DNA of 64,000 nt from the human T2T-CHM13v2.0 reference genome, Homo sapiens, in assembly GCF_009914755.1 (NCBI RefSeq), contig NC_060925.1; one strand, 5' to 3'. Of the stretch, positions 14,603 through 27,086 are shown piece by piece. The first letter of the stretch is position 1. Every line of letters starts with the position of its first letter. The position numbers were made by a program, and so were the translations under genes. Under the pieces are notes generated by a model, which had not been told where the DNA came from, did no database searches, and saw nothing but the letters and a program-made list of their open reading frames with translations.

Positions 14603-15111
14603 TACACATGTATTTCAGCAACATGATATAGTGGGAGAAATACTAGTTTTAGATTTACAGGATAAATTTAAGTCCAATCCTTTCAATCACTTAAAACTAT
14701 AATGCTGAAGAAATAATTAGCCCTCAGTTTTTTAGTCAGTATAGTGGGAAAAATAACTCATGTCCTGCCAAAGTCTCGAAAATATTGTAAGAATCAAATG
14801 TCATTAATGTACAAAGTGCTTTTAAAACTATAAGGAGCTATATAAAACAAGGTATCATATATATACATATATATGCACGCTGTGGTAAATTTAACTCACT
14901 CTAGAATTCATGTGTGCAGATAAAATGTAATTTATTTATTTTTCTCTAAGTCTAATCTGGGCTCCCTCTCAAACTCTCATATGACAGTTGGCAGGAAAAA
15001 TAAAATCTAAGTGAAACTAAATGTTCAATTCACTTTAGTTTCATTCCAATTGCATAATTTAAGTCCCTTTAGGTGGTACTCAGTGTCTCTGATTTAAAAA
15101 ATAATAATCCT

Positions 15112-15479
<368 letters not shown>

Positions 15480-16599
15480 TTAATATAGTGTCCAGATACA
15501 CAAGGCAGAGGCTGTGGCTGACACCCACTGGAGAAAGCAAAGGGGAGCTGAGTCATTGGGTGTAGCAGCCTCTACCTGCTTTGGCCTCTGGAACCATCAG
15601 CCTTGACTGCTTGGTTCTGCTGTCCTCCTCTCCCTGTGGCTGGAATGAGTCATAGTCTGGTCCCTCCCTCAGCTTGGTCTGATCCTGGTCACCCTCCCTT
15701 CACTTTCTACTGGCTATAGATCCCCACATCTGCGTCATATCCTGCATCCGGTTCACTGACCAGTCATTTCTCCTGCAGCCTATTGTGATGTTCTCTGCCT
15801 GGGGAGGCTAGTGGTTTGAATGCTGGCTTCCCCTTCTGTGTCTCTCTGCTTCACAACATTATGCCCCACTCACTGCAGGTTCCTGTGGTGTAGTCACAAA
15901 AGTTTGCTCATTCTAGAGTCCTGAGGAATGAATGAAAATAAAAACACGGTGCCATCAATATATTTCCCATTATTTCTCCAATGTAGCTCCTGGCTTTGGC
16001 CTAAAGAAGGGAATATCAGAACACCTCTGCCACCTTGTTGCTCTTTTTCCTCTTTCCAAACAACTCTCTGGGTTAGAAAGGGACTTTCTTCTGAATTAGA
16101 TCCTCCTACCACTAAGCTGCTCCCATGGCTTTCCTGTCATATGCTAAGAACTAGGTCCCTTAGGCTCAGCCCCAGACAGGGTAAAGGGGAGAATCAAGGC
16201 TTGGTAATTTATCTCTGAAGGCAATACTCCAGTTTACAAGCCTATTGTCTTGCTGTACGATCCTACTTTGCAAGTCAAGAGATTAATAATACTTCCCGTC
16301 TTTCTCTTCACGTTCTTCTATAACACATTTAATCTAATCTTGGCTAAAAGAGATAGATGTCTTAGCCACTTAGAACACTACTCTTACCTTTAGCTGGAAA
16401 ACTCAAAGCATTTTTAGTGTTGCATAAAAGCAAACATGAGAAAATCTACAAATGCTAGAACATGTTGAAGTTCAGAGATCCCTGATTCTTCAGTGATAGT
16501 AATCATTCCTTACACGTATAAAAGAGGTTAATGCTTACAAGCTGTAGAAAGAAGACAGAAAGGAGTGCTTTGTTCAGTCAATAACCTACAATAACTATT

Positions 16600-17040
16600 T
16601 GTGTAGCCTTGGACTGGTTACTTATCCTATGTGGTTCTTAAATTTCTCATCTGAATTGGGAATAAGCCATACCTATAATATTGTTTGGGGTTTTCAGGAA
16701 GACTAAATGGGATTAATTTATATAGAAAACTGTAACAAGCTATACAAATGTTACTTATTGCTGTATTAATTAGAGCCTCACAGAAGACTATGATAATTAC
16801 CGTCATCGTTTATTATGTGCTTAGCATGTGCTAGTAGTGTGGTTAAAACCTTTATGGGGATTAGATCACTAAATCCTCACAACACCATGTGAGAGAGGTA
16901 CTGTTATTAGTATTTCCATTTTGCAGATGAGAAAATCAGGGCATGAGGTGGCTAAATAGCAAGCCCAAGTCACTCAGCAATGAGTGACAGATTCAATATT
17001 CAAACCCAAATGGCTCGCCTTCATGTTTCAAGCTCTTTAC
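16600..17040. mobile_element. Two MIRs tail-to-tail (+ 16600-16760, - 16800-17040)
   Basis: ttctcatctgaattgggaataa; tccattttgcagatgagaaaatcaggg. Confidence 0.75.
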
Positions 17041-17859
17041 CACTGATCGAGCTGCAGTGCTTTCCACTCTGAAAAAAGAGTGGAAGGCCAATGATGTAAG
17101 GTTGGTTATGCCAGAGACACAAAGCAGAGAGCTGCGGTGACTTGCTCAAAATAACACAGCAAATTAAGGGCAAACCTGAGTGGGGAATGAAGGTACGTAA
17201 GTTCTGGTCTATGGACAACTTTACACTGTATTGGCTGCCTGCTTTGACAGGGGTCAGGGAGCCAAAGACAGGCAGCCTGAGGCATTTTGTCTTCTATGCT
17301 TGCTGTGCCACTAAGATCTTCTCAGAAGTCTCAAGGTCCAGAGGAGAGAGATGCAAGCATTTCACACCTCCCCCAACTACGTGCTGATTCAGGTTGAATT
17401 AGTCTTGTTAAAGGAAGTTGGCCATTTCATGTCATGGAATATTACATTCATGTGGTCTCACCTCTCTGTGCTGGAAAACGAGGCAACTAATTCATTTTAG
17501 CAGCTTCTCCCTTTCTGCCTATAACATGTCCTCTGGTGATGATAATGCAGGGAGATGGGAAATGTTTTAATATGATAAGTCCTTCACTGTGGATTAGTAT
17601 ACATTCAAAGCAGCATTTCTTCCATGTCTGGGCTCACTTTCAAGGCTGTCTGTGTGGATTTTGCAATTGTAAATAAGGTATCTTGTGTTCCTTCTGTTAT
17701 CATTGAGTTTGACAGAAAGGGGAAATTTAACTTTGGGGGAAGGTATTACATATGCCTATACACATTCATGCACATAATGGAAAGTTTATTTTTGTCAATT
17801 GAAGAAGCTCCTCTCAGAAGGTCACCAGCTGTCATGCAAGAAAATATTCAATAAGATAG

Positions 17860-18060
17860 TACAATGTAATGATTAAGAGGATGAGCTGCCTCATTCTTGA
17901 TACCTGAATTCAAGTCCTGGCTCTGTTAAATACTAGCTGTGTGACCTTAGGCCAGTTACATAACCTCTCTGTGAATGCGTTTCTTCGGCTGCAAAATGGG
18001 TATACATTTTTATCAAATCTCTGTGAAGGTGAAATGAGATTCGATGAACGGAAAGCCTTT
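17860..18060 (+). mobile_element. MIR
   Basis: ttcaagtcctggctctg...ctagctgtgtgaccttaggccagttacataacctctctgtg. Confidence 0.85.
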
Positions 18061-18505
18061 GGGATAATGGAGCAAGTTAGGGAGAGTAGTTATAGAGCAG
18101 CTAGGGAAGGGTTTCCTCAGTATCCTCAGCCCCACAGCTGTGAATGGGCTCCTTTGTACAGAAAAGCTGGGCTGCTGTTAGAACAGCCCCTTCCTTAAGC
18201 CTTCGGTGGCTTCCACTTCTTTCTATACTAGGTAAATTGATGAAGTCCATAAACTTTTGAAAAGAGTGGATGGAACTCGCTGGGAATGTGACATAAAAAC
18301 CTGGGCAGACCCTGTTTGGGAATGACAAATGGAGAGGTTTGCCAGAGCCACGGTTTCAAAGTGTTTCCAGGCCAGACTGATTTGTTTTGATTTTAGGCAA
18401 TATAGAGTCATTGAAGGTTTTGAGATGAGAAAAAAAAAAAAAAAAAGATCTGGGGGGGCTTTCAGGAAGATTAAACTGGCTGTAGAGGAGACAATGGATT
18501 AGAAC

Positions 18506-18837
18506 CAGGGTCAACAAACTGCAGCTCACAGACCAAATCTGGCTTGCCATCTGTTTTTGTACAATATGCAAGCTAAGAATGGTTTTTACATTTTTGAGTG
18601 GTTAAAAATAATCAAAAGAATAATTTTTCGTGACACATGAAAATTATATGAAATTCAAATTTCAGAGTTCCTAAAGCAAACTTTATTGGAACACAGCCAT
18701 ATTCAGTTGTGTGCTTACTGTATGTAGCTGCTTTTGCTTCAAGGGCAGAAATGAGTAGTGACAACAGAAACCATGGGGCCCACAAAGCCTAAATATTTAC
18801 TATCTGGCCCTTTGCAGAAAATGTTTGCAGACTCCTG
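18506..18837 (+). mobile_element. MER58B-type hAT-Charlie MITE, within an L2 relic
   Basis: cagggtcaacaaact...aagctaagaatggtttttacatttt...aaagcctaaatatttactatctggccctttgcagaaaatgtttgcagactcctg; strand by recalled consensus. Confidence 0.88.
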
Positions 18838-20513
18838 GACTGGAGTCATTGAATAATGGACAGGAGCCAGATTAGGATGCTAATGCTAATATAAACACTA
18901 CGATCAATTGTGCATTTACGATCTGCCATGTGTTTTATCTGTATAATTATGTTAATACTCAGGACAACTCTATAGCATCTAAGCAACTTGGCCAAGGTTA
19001 CATGGGGAGGGCAAGGCAGAGGCATGATTTGAAATCCTACCAATGGACCATGGGATCTGTGCCCTTGATCACTATGCATACTGCTTTCAACAGTCAAAAT
19101 GAAACATGGTGGGGAATGGGAGAAAGGGAAGAATTCAAGAGATGTGCTGGAGACACAATCAGCAGGACCCAGGGGACTTTTGAATGAGAAGGATCAGAAT
19201 GAAGCTAGAAAAGAAAAAAACCCAAAGTCTAGGTGCCTGGGACCAGTCAGAGCTTCACATTGCTTGCAAGTGTATCAGTATGAGCATTCTTAGTTAAAAC
19301 TCAGTTTCACATGAACTCTTCAATGTTAATATTCTGCCATCACTCTTGATGTGGTAATTGTGCCACTTGGGCTCCCAAGCACTAAAATTAAATCTGGAAA
19401 TTTGTCATACACCTTCCCCATGCGATGGTAACACAGAAGGTGGGAGCTCCAACAGTCAAAATGAATTACTCAGTGAGTTAATTTGTCACCAGAAGGTAAT
19501 TGGGATTTAAGTTACAGTCTCGGGAAGAAATACATCACATCGCATGATTACTTGCATTAATGGCAACCTACATCTAATTTTCACCCCCACCCCAAATCCC
19601 TTTCATCAGTTCCAGTGACCTGTTAGCAGTATAATTTGGCTCTTTCCCTGCTGCCCACCTGAAATACCAAGCATCAGCTGAGATGAGTGCTACCCTTAAA
19701 GTAGGACAATGGATGTGACTGTCTTAGCTCTGAGCTGCTGGTATTAGGAATTTTAAAAATTTTATGGATTCATTCATTTATTCATCTATATACACAGGCA
19801 TTTACTGAGAACTTATTCTATGCCAAGCTTGAAATTGGTGCTAAAATTCTAAAGAAGAATAAATCATATCCCTACCGATAAAGTGGTGATTCTAACATAT
19901 GATTTTAAAAAGGATAAGGAGATCTCACACATTTAATCAAAACACAACATCAAGACATAGCATTTCTCTTCACCCTCTACTCATTCTTATTTGTGTCTGA
20001 ATATGCTGTCATTTTCTGATAGATTAATTTATAAGAAAGAGCCATATGGACTGTAAGTAAAGGAGTGAGCAAGAAGACTGGCATCTATTCCTGGCTCTAA
20101 TATGGATTTATTGAGAGACCTTGGACAAGTTACTTGTCTTATCTGGACCTTTGGTTTCTCAATTGTAAGATGACAGACTAGGTTATCCACGGGTATGTAA
20201 AGAAAATGAATGTGAAGATGCCAGGTTCAATTGGCGAGAGGCAGGGAGAGAGTTGGGAAACACAGAGCCTCTTCTTTTTCTCATGCTTTCCCCTTCACAA
20301 AGGAATCTTATGGAATACCATTCAGTGGCATGAAAAAATATAGAAGACTTATCTTTGGAATGTACTTTTGGAGAAGAAAATAAAATAAAATTATACTTGG
20401 TTATATCTTCCCTTTACCTATTACAGCCATGTGCTAAGCAAGACAAAGGAACTGTATCACCTAGATGTGAAAAGGTCCTTCCTCTTCCTCCTTAGCATGG
20501 GGAGCCCAGGGAA

Positions 20514-20821
20514 TTTTTTTATTTTTTTTTATTTTTTTTTGAGACACGATCTTACTGTGTTGCCCAGGCTGGAGTGCAGTGGCACAATCACAGCTCACTG
20601 CAGCCTCGACTTCCTGGGTTCAGGCGATCCTCCGGCCTTAGTCCCCTGAGTAGCTCGGACTACAGGCACGTGCCACCACACCCAGCTAATTTTTGTATTT
20701 TTGATACAGATGGAGTTTCACCATGTTGCCCAGACTGGTCTCAAACTCCTGATCTCAAGCAATCCAACCGCCTTGGCTCCCCAAAGTGCTGGGATTATAT
20801 GTGTGAACCACTGCACCGGGC
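20514..20821 (-). mobile_element. Alu (AluJ-type)
   Basis: Poly-T then gagacacgatcttactgtgttgcccaggctggagtgcag...cacagctcactgcagcctcgac. Confidence 0.93.
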
Positions 20822-21207
20822 AGAATATTATAAGAGTATTTCACACCAGTCACAGGTAGAGACTATTGGGGTGCACACCCTTTTGGCTAAGATCCAGATT
20901 GGAATAGGTTCCTTCAAGTGCCTTTGAACACACTGGGGAGATTAGGTTCCAACAGAAAGCAAGACATGGTGCAAAAAGAGCCAAAAAGCTAATGTTCGAA
21001 CATTTATTCGGTCACACCCATTCCTAAGAAAGACCCTCCAACTTTGAGAACAACTTTCTCTGCTTCAATTCCAACAATGAGGACTGGTGGTAGGTGAGGC
21101 TGTTACTTACTTTGCTGTTGTCCTTTTGGTAGAAAGACCAATATAGTGATATCTCTGGTGCTAAAATAGGCCTTTTGATTACCCTGGCTGTTGGTCAGTT
21201 TGTTTTC

Positions 21208-21995
21208 TGTCACAGATTGAGTTCTCTGGAGGAAGATGCAGAGACACAATTGGGGTACCAGATTTTAAACAGAGATCAACACCTAAAGGGGAAGGAGTGG
21301 ACAGAGGGAGAAGTTGAATTGGGAGGCAAACCCAACAAAGCCTGTCGAGCCTAGCGGAGAGCTCTGGAACGAATATTGTCTGTGATATGGTTTGGAATTG
21401 TGTCCCTGCCCAAATCCAGTGTCAAATCATAACCCCCATTGTTGGAGGTGGGGCCTGGTAGGAGGTGATTGGATTATGGGGTCAGACTTCCCCCTTGATG
21501 TTCTCATGAGAGTGAGTGAGTTCTCATGAGATCTGGTTGTTTAAAACTGTGTAGCACCTTCTCTCTCTTCCTCCTGCTCTGGCCAAGTAAGACACGCCCA
21601 CTTCCCCTTCCGCCATGACTGAAAGTTTCCTGCAGCCTCCCCAGCCATGCTTCCTGTACAGCCTGCATAACTGTGAGCCAATTAAACCTCTTTTCTTTAT
21701 AAATTGCCTAGTTTTTGGTATTTTTTAAATAGCAGTGTGAGAACAGATTAACAGTCTGTCATGGTTGTCCTGCATCTGGCCTAAATAGCCTGGCCTTTCT
21801 AGGTCTACTTGTTTGCCTCACTCAGTCACCAGAAGAGAGCTGACCAGGAAGAGCAGGACCCAGGCAAGGTGTGTCTCTGAAGCTGGGGCAGACCCTGAAG
21901 GAGCTGACACCTGGAGGCTATCTGCCTGCCGACCTCACTCCATGCAGCTTGGTAACTTGTCCTTCCTTGAAAGAATGTTTAAGCTGTCTACCACA
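21208..21995 (-). mobile_element. LTR16A-like ERVL solo LTR, interrupted by MSTA
   Basis: gatcaacacct, cagagggagaagttgaa, gagctctgga, cctgaaggagctgacacctggaggct...ccaca. Confidence 0.75.
21383..21753 (+). mobile_element. MSTA MaLR solo LTR
   Basis: tgatatggtttgg...ggaggtggggcctgg...catgcttcctgtacagcctgca; perfect TSD gtctg at 21378-21382 and 21754-21758. Confidence 0.93.
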
Positions 21996-22129
21996 AGCCC
22001 CAAAATGAAATTGATGGAAAAAATGGAGATTGAGGAGGGTTCAAAGAAGGAAAAATTTACAAGGATGCCACATCGTTACTTGCAAATTGTAGTGAACTGT
22101 ACTCATTGATCTCTAGGGCAAAGGAAAGT

Positions 22130-22415
22130 TGCCATAACCTAGAGTGGACTACAGCAGTGGCTGTAACTACAGGAAGCTACCCTGCAGGGGATGTGACACA
22201 GCAACTATCAACCCATAACCTGTTAAAGGGGGAGCTAAGAACATAGAGTTTCTGACCTCTTTCTCCTACGTTCCTTTCCTCTGCTGATGCCTACCATTGG
22301 GGAACCCATACAGAAGCCAGAGGAAAACAACCTGAGTTGATGCAGTCTTCCTGCCACAGAGCAGGAGGGAAGAGTACATTGCATATGTGGAGGGACAAAC
22401 AACAAATACCCAGCA
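22130..22415 (-). mobile_element. LTR33-like ERVL LTR fragment
   Basis: ctgacctctttctcct...tgcctaccattggggaacccatacagaagccagagg. Confidence 0.6.
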
Positions 22416-22719
22416 ATCTGGTGCCAGATCTAAGATTTAAATGGTTGTTAGATGATCTGGGAAAATCCAGGTCACAGAACTAGGGTCTGACCAACATTAA
22501 GAGCCCACGATGAAATCCTGTGACTCCGTCAATGTCAGTTTTAGTGCATTAGACTTGTTCTCTGGATCTAGAACTAGACCTTGAAAAAAGCTACAGGAAG
22601 AAAGTCTTTATGAAGCTCTCACTTGGCATGGCTCTGTTTTCTCTTGAGATAAGCTACTCTAACTATGTGTCACTGATTTTTGGGACCATATGCCGGAGAC
22701 TTCCTTGCTTTTTCCTAGC

Positions 22720-22932
22720 TCAGTGTTTTTCAAACTGTGTATTATAACTCATCAATTTAATTGTGATGGTTACCTCTTTTTTACAACAAATGGAACAGAA
22801 CAGATTATATCAGAATGTGCTGCATGTAAAAAAGGTGATTGTTGTTCTATGTTTCAGCTGCAAATATATGAGCTGAGTCAAAATGTAAAATATGTGTCTC
22901 CTATGGGTTCTAATAAAAATTCCGGTTACTGG
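22720..22932. mobile_element. hAT-Charlie MITE (MER112-like)
   Basis: cagtgtttttcaaactgtg...aacagaacagattatatcaga...gtaaaatatgtgtctcctatgggt. Confidence 0.5.
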
Positions 22933-24409
22933 CATCGTGATATGGTTTGGAATTGTGAGTTTGAGGTCATAGAACATAACTATCAAAAATATGTATTACA
23001 GACATTCCCCCTTCCATTTCTACAATGGATCAAAATGGGGGCACAGGGCTGAAAATCAGGGTTAGTGTGAGATTCACGGTTGGGAGGTGGCTAAAGCTGG
23101 TATGGAACTTAACCGTTTTCTTAGGATCACAACATATTAAAATTGTCCAGAAGATTATCTCAAACTTCCTTCTTTTCTTCTTTGATCCTTCTTACCACCA
23201 ATCACTTCTGGGAACCACAAGGGGTGACTTGAAGGACTCCCTTTGGAGCTCAGCAAATGGCTCAGTGGTCTGGATGGAGCTCTGGCCCCCTGCAAAGGGG
23301 AAATTAGATCCACAGAGAAGCACACTGGGTTGAGCCTGGGGTTCAATACTTCCTGAACTTCTACCCATTACCATTTGCAGATACGTGATTTCCCTCTCCA
23401 AAACAGATGTGTAAGAGTTCACAGAACTGCTTGCCAGTCTCTTCCTCCTAAGCTGCACCCTTATGTCTGGCTCCACTATTATAACTATATTAACAATTCA
23501 GCAGGTTTTGGTGCATAGGTTAGAAATGCGTGCATTTAATTGCTTTGGATGATTAAGAGTTAACACTGCTGACCTACCCAGAGGGAAATTGCAAGGAATA
23601 TCCAATTAGAGGCAACCAGACTCTTTGAAAATATCCAGTGTACTGGTAGTGCTTAATAATCATCATGATAATCATAACAATTCTAAATATATATTTTTAA
23701 AGCTATGAGCCATTTCTCACCCGAGGAAACTTTATTTGCTAGAAAGCAGATCCCTGCAATTATTCAAATTGGAGATTTGTATTTTTTGTTGTTGTTGTTC
23801 CCCACAGCCTCTCGGGTGGAGGAAGGACAGAGAAAGCTATCCCAGAGGGGAACAGAATCAATCCAAGCTGCTCATTAAAAGGTAAACTGTCAATAATCTT
23901 TGTCAGGCCTTTTTATCTTGGGCTTTAGTACATGATGATCCCTAAGGCAGCATGTGGTATTGAGATTTAGAATGGCTCCTGGTTTGCACATCCCCACTGG
24001 TGCAGGATTAACCCTCTACATGCTGCTACGGACTTTCTCAGAACCACTTCTGAACTCTGGATGGGCAAGGATTAAGAAGCTATTATATCTGTCCGCAAGA
24101 GGCATGGACTTTCCTTAAGAAATATATAAGTATTTCAAGGTGCTTGGAAATGAAGCCCAGCCATTAGGAGAGATCAACAAGGGGCAGAAATTCATAGGAT
24201 ATTCACCAAGGTTTCACTAATTTAAAATTTAGCCCATATAATGAGCATTTATTGAGAGACCTTTATATGAATCCCTCACATTTGGATACTGCTTTGCAGT
24301 TTTCTGTGCTTTTCCCCAGGTTATTTTCACTTGATTCTTACTTAATGCTGTGAGGGAGGAGTATAAACTTTTATTTTGCATAGAATAACTCAGAGAAGGT
24401 AACTTACTG

Positions 24410-25887
24410 TTATAGATACCTCTGTGTTGTATGTCTTCAAATATCATTAACGTATTGATGACTTCCAAATTTATATCCCTAGTCTGGACTGTTTCTGGAA
24501 ATATAGACTTGCACATCTAGGTGTCCTGACATCACCATTTGGATATCCAATAGGCATCTCACACTTAACATGCCCATGACTGAGTTCTTCATATATTTCC
24601 TTAAACCTGGAGCTTATGGCAACTCCACCTTTCCATTGCTCAGGTACTGAACCCTGAAATCCTCCTTTATGCTTAGTCCCTCATCTGATTCATCAACTAA
24701 TCCTTACACCCAGAATCTGACCATTTCTCACCAACTCTGCTGTTGTTACTCTGGTTCAACCATCATTATTTCTCCTCTAAATTACTGAGGCACCTTCTCA
24801 CTATGTTCCTCCATTTTCCCTTAACCTCTTTCAGTCTACTCTTAACAAATTAGGTAATGCAATCTTGGAAAAATAGAAGACAAGTGATGTCATTCCTGTG
24901 CCTCAATACTCCAACGGCTTCCCATTTCACACATTTCACAGAGGAAAAGCTGCCATTCTTCCTATAACCCATTCTGGGCCCCGTTATCTCTGTGAACTTG
25001 TCTCCATGTACTCTTTCCTTTGTTCACTCTACTTAGTCATGTGGCCTCCTTTCAGCTTTATCTGCCTGATCTATTCTTGCTTTGGGGCCTGTTATGAGTT
25101 GAACTGTGTCCCTCCAAAATTATAAATTGGAGCCCTAACCCCTAGTACCTAGAATGTGATCATATTTGGGGATAGGGCCATTACAGAGGTAATCAAGTTA
25201 AAATGAGGTCATTAGGATAGAACCTCATCCAATGAGACTGACGTCCTTGTGAAAAGGGGGCATCTGGACACAGTGACATGCACACAAGGAAGCATGCTCT
25301 GTGAAGATGAAGGCAGGGATCGGGGTGATTTGTCTTCAAACCAAGGCAACGACTGGCCACAAACCCCAGAAGCTAGGGGGAAGGCCTGGAAGAGATTCTC
25401 TCCTCACTGCCCTCAAAAGAAACCAACCCTATTGACACTTTGATCTCAAACTTCTAGCCTCCAGACCTGTGAGACATTTCTGTTGTTTAAGCTGCCTGGT
25501 TTGTGGTACTTTGTTATGGCATCCCTAGAAAACGAATATAAAACCTTTTTGCTCGTTCTTCCATCTACCTGGAATAGTCTTCCCCCAGTCGCCACATAGC
25601 ATATTTCCTTAACTCCTTTACCTCTTTATTCAGTAAACCATTCTTTGGGTACTTTACCAAAAATTAACACATTCCCTAATACGTCCCACTTCCCTTCTCT
25701 CCATTGTTTTTATTCTTTAAAACATGTTTTATATACTTATCATATTTACTTTCTGTTTCCCCCACTAAAATGTAAGCTCCAAGAGGACAGGGATTTTGTT
25801 TGTTTTGTCTGTTGCTGAATTCTTAGCACACCTGCATGTAGTAGTCACTCAGCAAATGTTTGTTGAATGAGTAAATGAATGAATGAA
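24410..25887 (+). mobile_element. L2 LINE 3' portion, interrupted by MLT1C
   Basis: gatgacttccaaatttatatc, ggcatctcacacttaacatg, cccactaaaatgtaagctcc, (TGAA)n tail. Confidence 0.85.
25090..25540 (+). mobile_element. MLT1C MaLR solo LTR
   Basis: tgttatgagttgaactgtgtccc...gtaatcaagttaaaatgaggtcattagg...tttgtggtactttgttatggca. Confidence 0.88.
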
Positions 25888-26022
25888 CCTATGTGTGCTC
25901 TCCCCGACTGGCATGATCATAGTCAAGGCTCTCAGTGCTCCCCAGACTATAGCACTAGCTCCTAACTGGCCTTTCTGCAACTGGCTCCACCTTCTCCAGT
26001 CCATTCTCCATGTTTACACTTC

Positions 26023-26403
26023 TGTAGTGGACTGTCTGAAAAATCACAGCTACTAACAATTCCTTCCATCTCTGTATACTTACTTGTATACTTACTCTGC
26101 CCCTGTAGACCTTATTTCCCTTTACCTCAGATCTGGGAGGGCCCTATAACTTGGTTTGATCAATTGAATAGGGCAGATACAATTGGCAATTGTATCTCCA
26201 AGTAAAAGTTTCATACTCAAGAGCAGAAAAGTCACAGTGACGCCCTGTGACTATGCAGCCTAGGCCAGTATCACTTGGAGCAGAGACAACTTTCCCCCAG
26301 GCCCCTGACCAAATTAAAGTAGTGTGAGCAATTAAATCATTTTCTTCTTGTTTTATGTCATCAAGATTTTGGTTAACCTGTTTCGCAGCAATAGATAATT
26401 AAA
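26023..26403 (+). mobile_element. MLT1G/H-type MaLR LTR, apparently internally deleted, with a foreign 50-bp insert
   Basis: gatctgggagggccctataacttggtttgatcaattgaatagggcaga (5' part); gcagcaatagataatt (3' end); flanking acttc repeats at 26018-26022 and 26404-26408. Confidence 0.7.
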
Positions 26404-26481
26404 ACTTCTTCAGCTTCATCCCAAATACTGCCTCATCATATCCTGTCTTCTATGCTGAATTATTGTAGTCCTACAAATGCA

Positions 26482-26989
26482 TAATTGACCTTTGAACCAC
26501 ATAAATTCAAATTGTGTGGATCCACTTATACCTACAATTTATATTAAAAATTTTTTTTCAATAAAAGTTACACTGAGTGTGCCCGCCTCTCCCACCTTGC
26601 CTTTAACGTCCTTCATCTCTTCTTCCTCAAACACCCCTGAGACAGCAAAACCAACCCTCTTTTTTCTCCTCCTCCCTCAGCCTATTCAACATGAAGATGA
26701 TTAGGATGCAGATCTTTATAATAATCCATTTCCACTTAACAGTCAATATATTTTCTCTTCCTTATGATTTTCTTAATAACATTTTCTTTTCTCTAGCTTT
26801 ATCGTAAAAATGCAGTATGTAATACATATAACACTCAAAAGATGTGTTTGTTATTAGACTGTTCATAAGCGATGCTTCTGGTCAAAAGTGGCTATTAGTA
26901 AAGTTTTGGGGGAGTCAAAAGATATATGTTGTTTTTCAACTATGTGGTGACCAGTGCCCCTATTTCCTGCATTGCTCAAGGGTCAACTG
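26482..26989. mobile_element. Tigger2a/2b-type non-autonomous DNA transposon
   Basis: TIRs taattgacctttgaac...gctcaagggtcaactg followed by TA; ccctgagacagcaaaaccaacc internal segment. Confidence 0.9.
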
Positions 26990-27044
26990 TATTATATTCT
27001 CCCTCTCTCTCTCTGACTCTCCCTTTCTCTTTCTTTTTCTCTCT

Positions 27045-27086
27045 CACACACACATGCACATGCACACACACACACACACACACACA
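27045..27086. repeat. Imperfect (CA)n microsatellite
   Basis: Direct reading. Confidence 0.95.
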
